A stretch of 64,000 nt of DNA from Thermodesulfovibrio sp. Its GTDB lineage: Bacteria > Nitrospirota > Thermodesulfovibrionia > Thermodesulfovibrionales > UBA6898. Of this stretch, positions 62,268-64,000 are shown one piece after another. Made by a program: the position numbers and the translations under genes. The notes beneath the pieces are model-generated. The model made no database searches. It saw nothing but the letters and a program-made list of their open reading frames with translations, and was not told the DNA's origin. The DNA is taken from the NCBI GenBank assembly GCA_013824615.1, contig PNOC01000003.1:21103-85102 (forward strand), written 5' to 3'. Within the stretch, counting starts at the first letter, position 1; the number at the start of each line of letters is the position of its first letter.

Positions 62268-64000
62268 TGAGAAAACAACTATTCATAAGATTTTTCGCCA
62301 AGGTCCTTCTTCTATCTGCCATGATGTACTCGACTGCCTTCGGAGCATCGATGGGCAGCTATTGCCAGGCCCCGCCGTACATCAACGCGATTGTTCCGCC
62401 GAACATCATGCTCAGCATTGATGTCAGCGGAAGCATGGGGTCTCTTGCCTATCAGACGTCCCAGGAAGGCGGGAATGACAAGTACTGCACGAACAACCCG
62501 TCACAGGAATGTGATGACAACGCTGATTGTTCTCATGATATTTGCCAGAATGATCCTTCCGAGCGCTGCCACGACAACGGAGATTGCGAGCATAACACCG
62601 GTCCGTGCGTGCCCCCTCCCGGAGCCGGTACCTGCCAGGTTCCTGCAACAACAGCAACGCCTTATGGCTACTGCAGCAATGCGCTAGCCACATCATGCCG
62701 CGTTGATACAACCTGCCCCGCCGGTGGTACCTGCATCCCGCGGCAGGTGTATGAAGGGTATTTCAGGCCTGACAAGGAATATCTCTTAGACGGCACGGAC
62801 AGCACGTATTATGAGTTTGCAGGCTCCGTGGCTCCCTGTGTTACCTTGTACACGTATTCCTGCAAAAACAGCGGCGGGGCCGGGTGCGGTGCAAAGAATG
62901 TGAAGCCTGCCGACTCCTATAACACCTGCGGCAACAACAAGTACTACTGCAACAGGGGCAATCCGACATATACCACAGGAAACTGCGGGAACGAGATCTC
63001 GGGGAACCTCCTGAATTACGATAATATGGCGCGTATCGACCTGCTCCGCTGGGCACTCACCGGCGGATCGCCTACAACCTGCACCTCCAGCGATATCGGC
63101 AAGTGCGACCCGAGGGTCTATCTTGAATCGGGCATGCAGGCTGCCGGTAAAATAGGGTCTGTCGGGGCCTGTACGAATACTAATAAGCTTGATACAGCAG
63201 GCACCTTGGGACACGGCTGCATCCTGTTGACGGATAATGGCAAAAAAGTCAGCGTGCCCTGGGAGGGCAGGGTCAACGATGGGCTACTCTTTGAGTTCGA
63301 GAATCTTCCTGTCCAGCCGCGGATAGGTGCAATGTTCTGGTCAGGGACCTCGATAAGATCAAATTATGTCTATGTCGGGGACTTTACCTCAGCCAACAGC
63401 CGCACTGCTTATCCGTTTCAGAACCTTCTGACCGAGGTGAATGCCACAGACCCAAACGGGTACACCCCGACTGGCCCGGCTATGTGGGATATATTAAACT
63501 ATTTCAGGCAGACCGCACCGCAGTACGGCGGCATTCCGCCGCAGAGCGGTGGTGGCGACAATTGGAAGAACCCCCTCTACGATTGCCCGGACAAGGGCGG
63601 CGGTAACTGCAACTTCATCCCGTGTACCAAGAACTTTGTGATGCTGATGTCGGATGGTCTCTGGAACCAGGGCGGTGGGCCTCCTGCCGTCAATTCCTGC
63701 AATATCAACACCGGCTACCCGGCCACCTCGGCCGACCCGGTCGTGCCTTCATATCTCATGCATATGGGTTTTACGAATGCCCAGGCAGGTCCGGCCGGCA
63801 CGGCCACCAGTATTACTGCTGTATACAGCGTAGGTCTGTTTGTCAGCGTTGAGGGTGAGAAGTCACTCCAGAATGTATCCATCTATGGCAGCTTCGACAA
63901 GAAGAACAAGACCTGGCCCTCTAACCGGACAGACTATCCCGGCAAACAGGTCGGAGATCCGACGAACTGTGCCATAGCGACCTCAGGAGCCGCCTGTCCG
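62267..64000 (+). CDS. PilY1-like von Willebrand factor A domain protein with a Cys-rich insertion; 3' end lies outside the window; absent from the supplied ORF track
   Basis: I translated this by hand: 578 codons with no stop. It has a signal peptide, the MIDAS motif PPNIMLSIDVSGSM and a later NFVMLMSDG (vWA TDG-type) motif, as in PilY1/PilC tip-adhesin N-termini. More than 25 Cys residues are visible. Confidence 0.7.
   Translation, partial: MRKQLFIRFFAKVLLLSAMMYSTAFGASMGSYCQAPPYINAIVPPNIMLSIDVSGSMGSLAYQTSQEGGNDKYCTNNPSQECDDNADCSHDICQNDPSERCHDNGDCEHNTGPCVPPPGAGTCQVPATTATPYGYCSNALATSCRVDTTCPAGGTCIPRQVYEGYFRPDKEYLLDGTDSTYYEFAGSVAPCVTLYTYSCKNSGGAGCGAKNVKPADSYNTCGNNKYYCNRGNPTYTTGNCGNEISGNLLNYDNMARIDLLRWALTGGSPTTCTSSDIGKCDPRVYLESGMQAAGKIGSVGACTNTNKLDTAGTLGHGCILLTDNGKKVSVPWEGRVNDGLLFEFENLPVQPRIGAMFWSGTSIRSNYVYVGDFTSANSRTAYPFQNLLTEVNATDPNGYTPTGPAMWDILNYFRQTAPQYGGIPPQSGGGDNWKNPLYDCPDKGGGNCNFIPCTKNFVMLMSDGLWNQGGGPPAVNSCNINTGYPATSADPVVPSYLMHMGFTNAQAGPAGTATSITAVYSVGLFVSVEGEKSLQNVSIYGSFDKKNKTWPSNRTDYPGKQVGDPTNCAIATSGAACP

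Overview
A 64 kb bacterial chromosomal segment with no rRNA genes, CRISPR arrays or transposases. Lineage guess is low confidence: a Nitrospirota- or Desulfobacterota-like anaerobe, based only on gene content (selC, RRM RNA-binding protein, many HD-GYP/GGDEF proteins). The window falls into five zones. (1) 1-18.2 kb is housekeeping: ispG 3' end, prmC-prfA-DUF1385-rpmE, a translationally coupled trpB-trpA-(GAF/HD-GYP)-(class-II-PDE-like MBL)-accD-folC-lptD string, DUF1015, gap-pgk, speH and hisG-hisD. (2) 18.2-26.3 kb holds an intact tRNA-Sec gene followed by an AT-richer integrative element of about 8 kb. It is bounded by an exact 26-bp direct repeat of the tRNA 3' end. It carries a tyrosine integrase, a Rep-like protein, a second integrase remnant, and unknown cargo that includes two proteins with Rx4H (HEPN-like) motifs and a Sel1-repeat membrane protein. 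(3) 26.4-45.6 kb contains two orphan antitoxin-like genes; c-di-GMP and type IV pilus regulators (DUF3365-GGDEF, CheY-CheC-hybrid kinase, MshEN-PilT-like ATPase, DUF3391-HD-GYP); rpsU and an RRM protein; a cobA-hemD fusion; an envelope lipid/glycan modification operon; and bioA. (4) 46-60 kb is a secretome locus. It encodes a 1,9xx-aa beta-helix/FG-GAP surface protein, three multicopper-oxidase-fold paralogues that split the copper-ligand motifs between them, and an S8 protease. (5) 60-64 kb holds an MshEN-domain protein, a sigma54-type promoter and a Cys-rich PilY1-like vWA protein that runs off the window and is absent from the supplied ORF track. The strongest novelty candidates are the selC-integrated element cargo and the split-ligand multicopper-oxidase locus. 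All functional calls come from reading motifs by eye; no database search was run.
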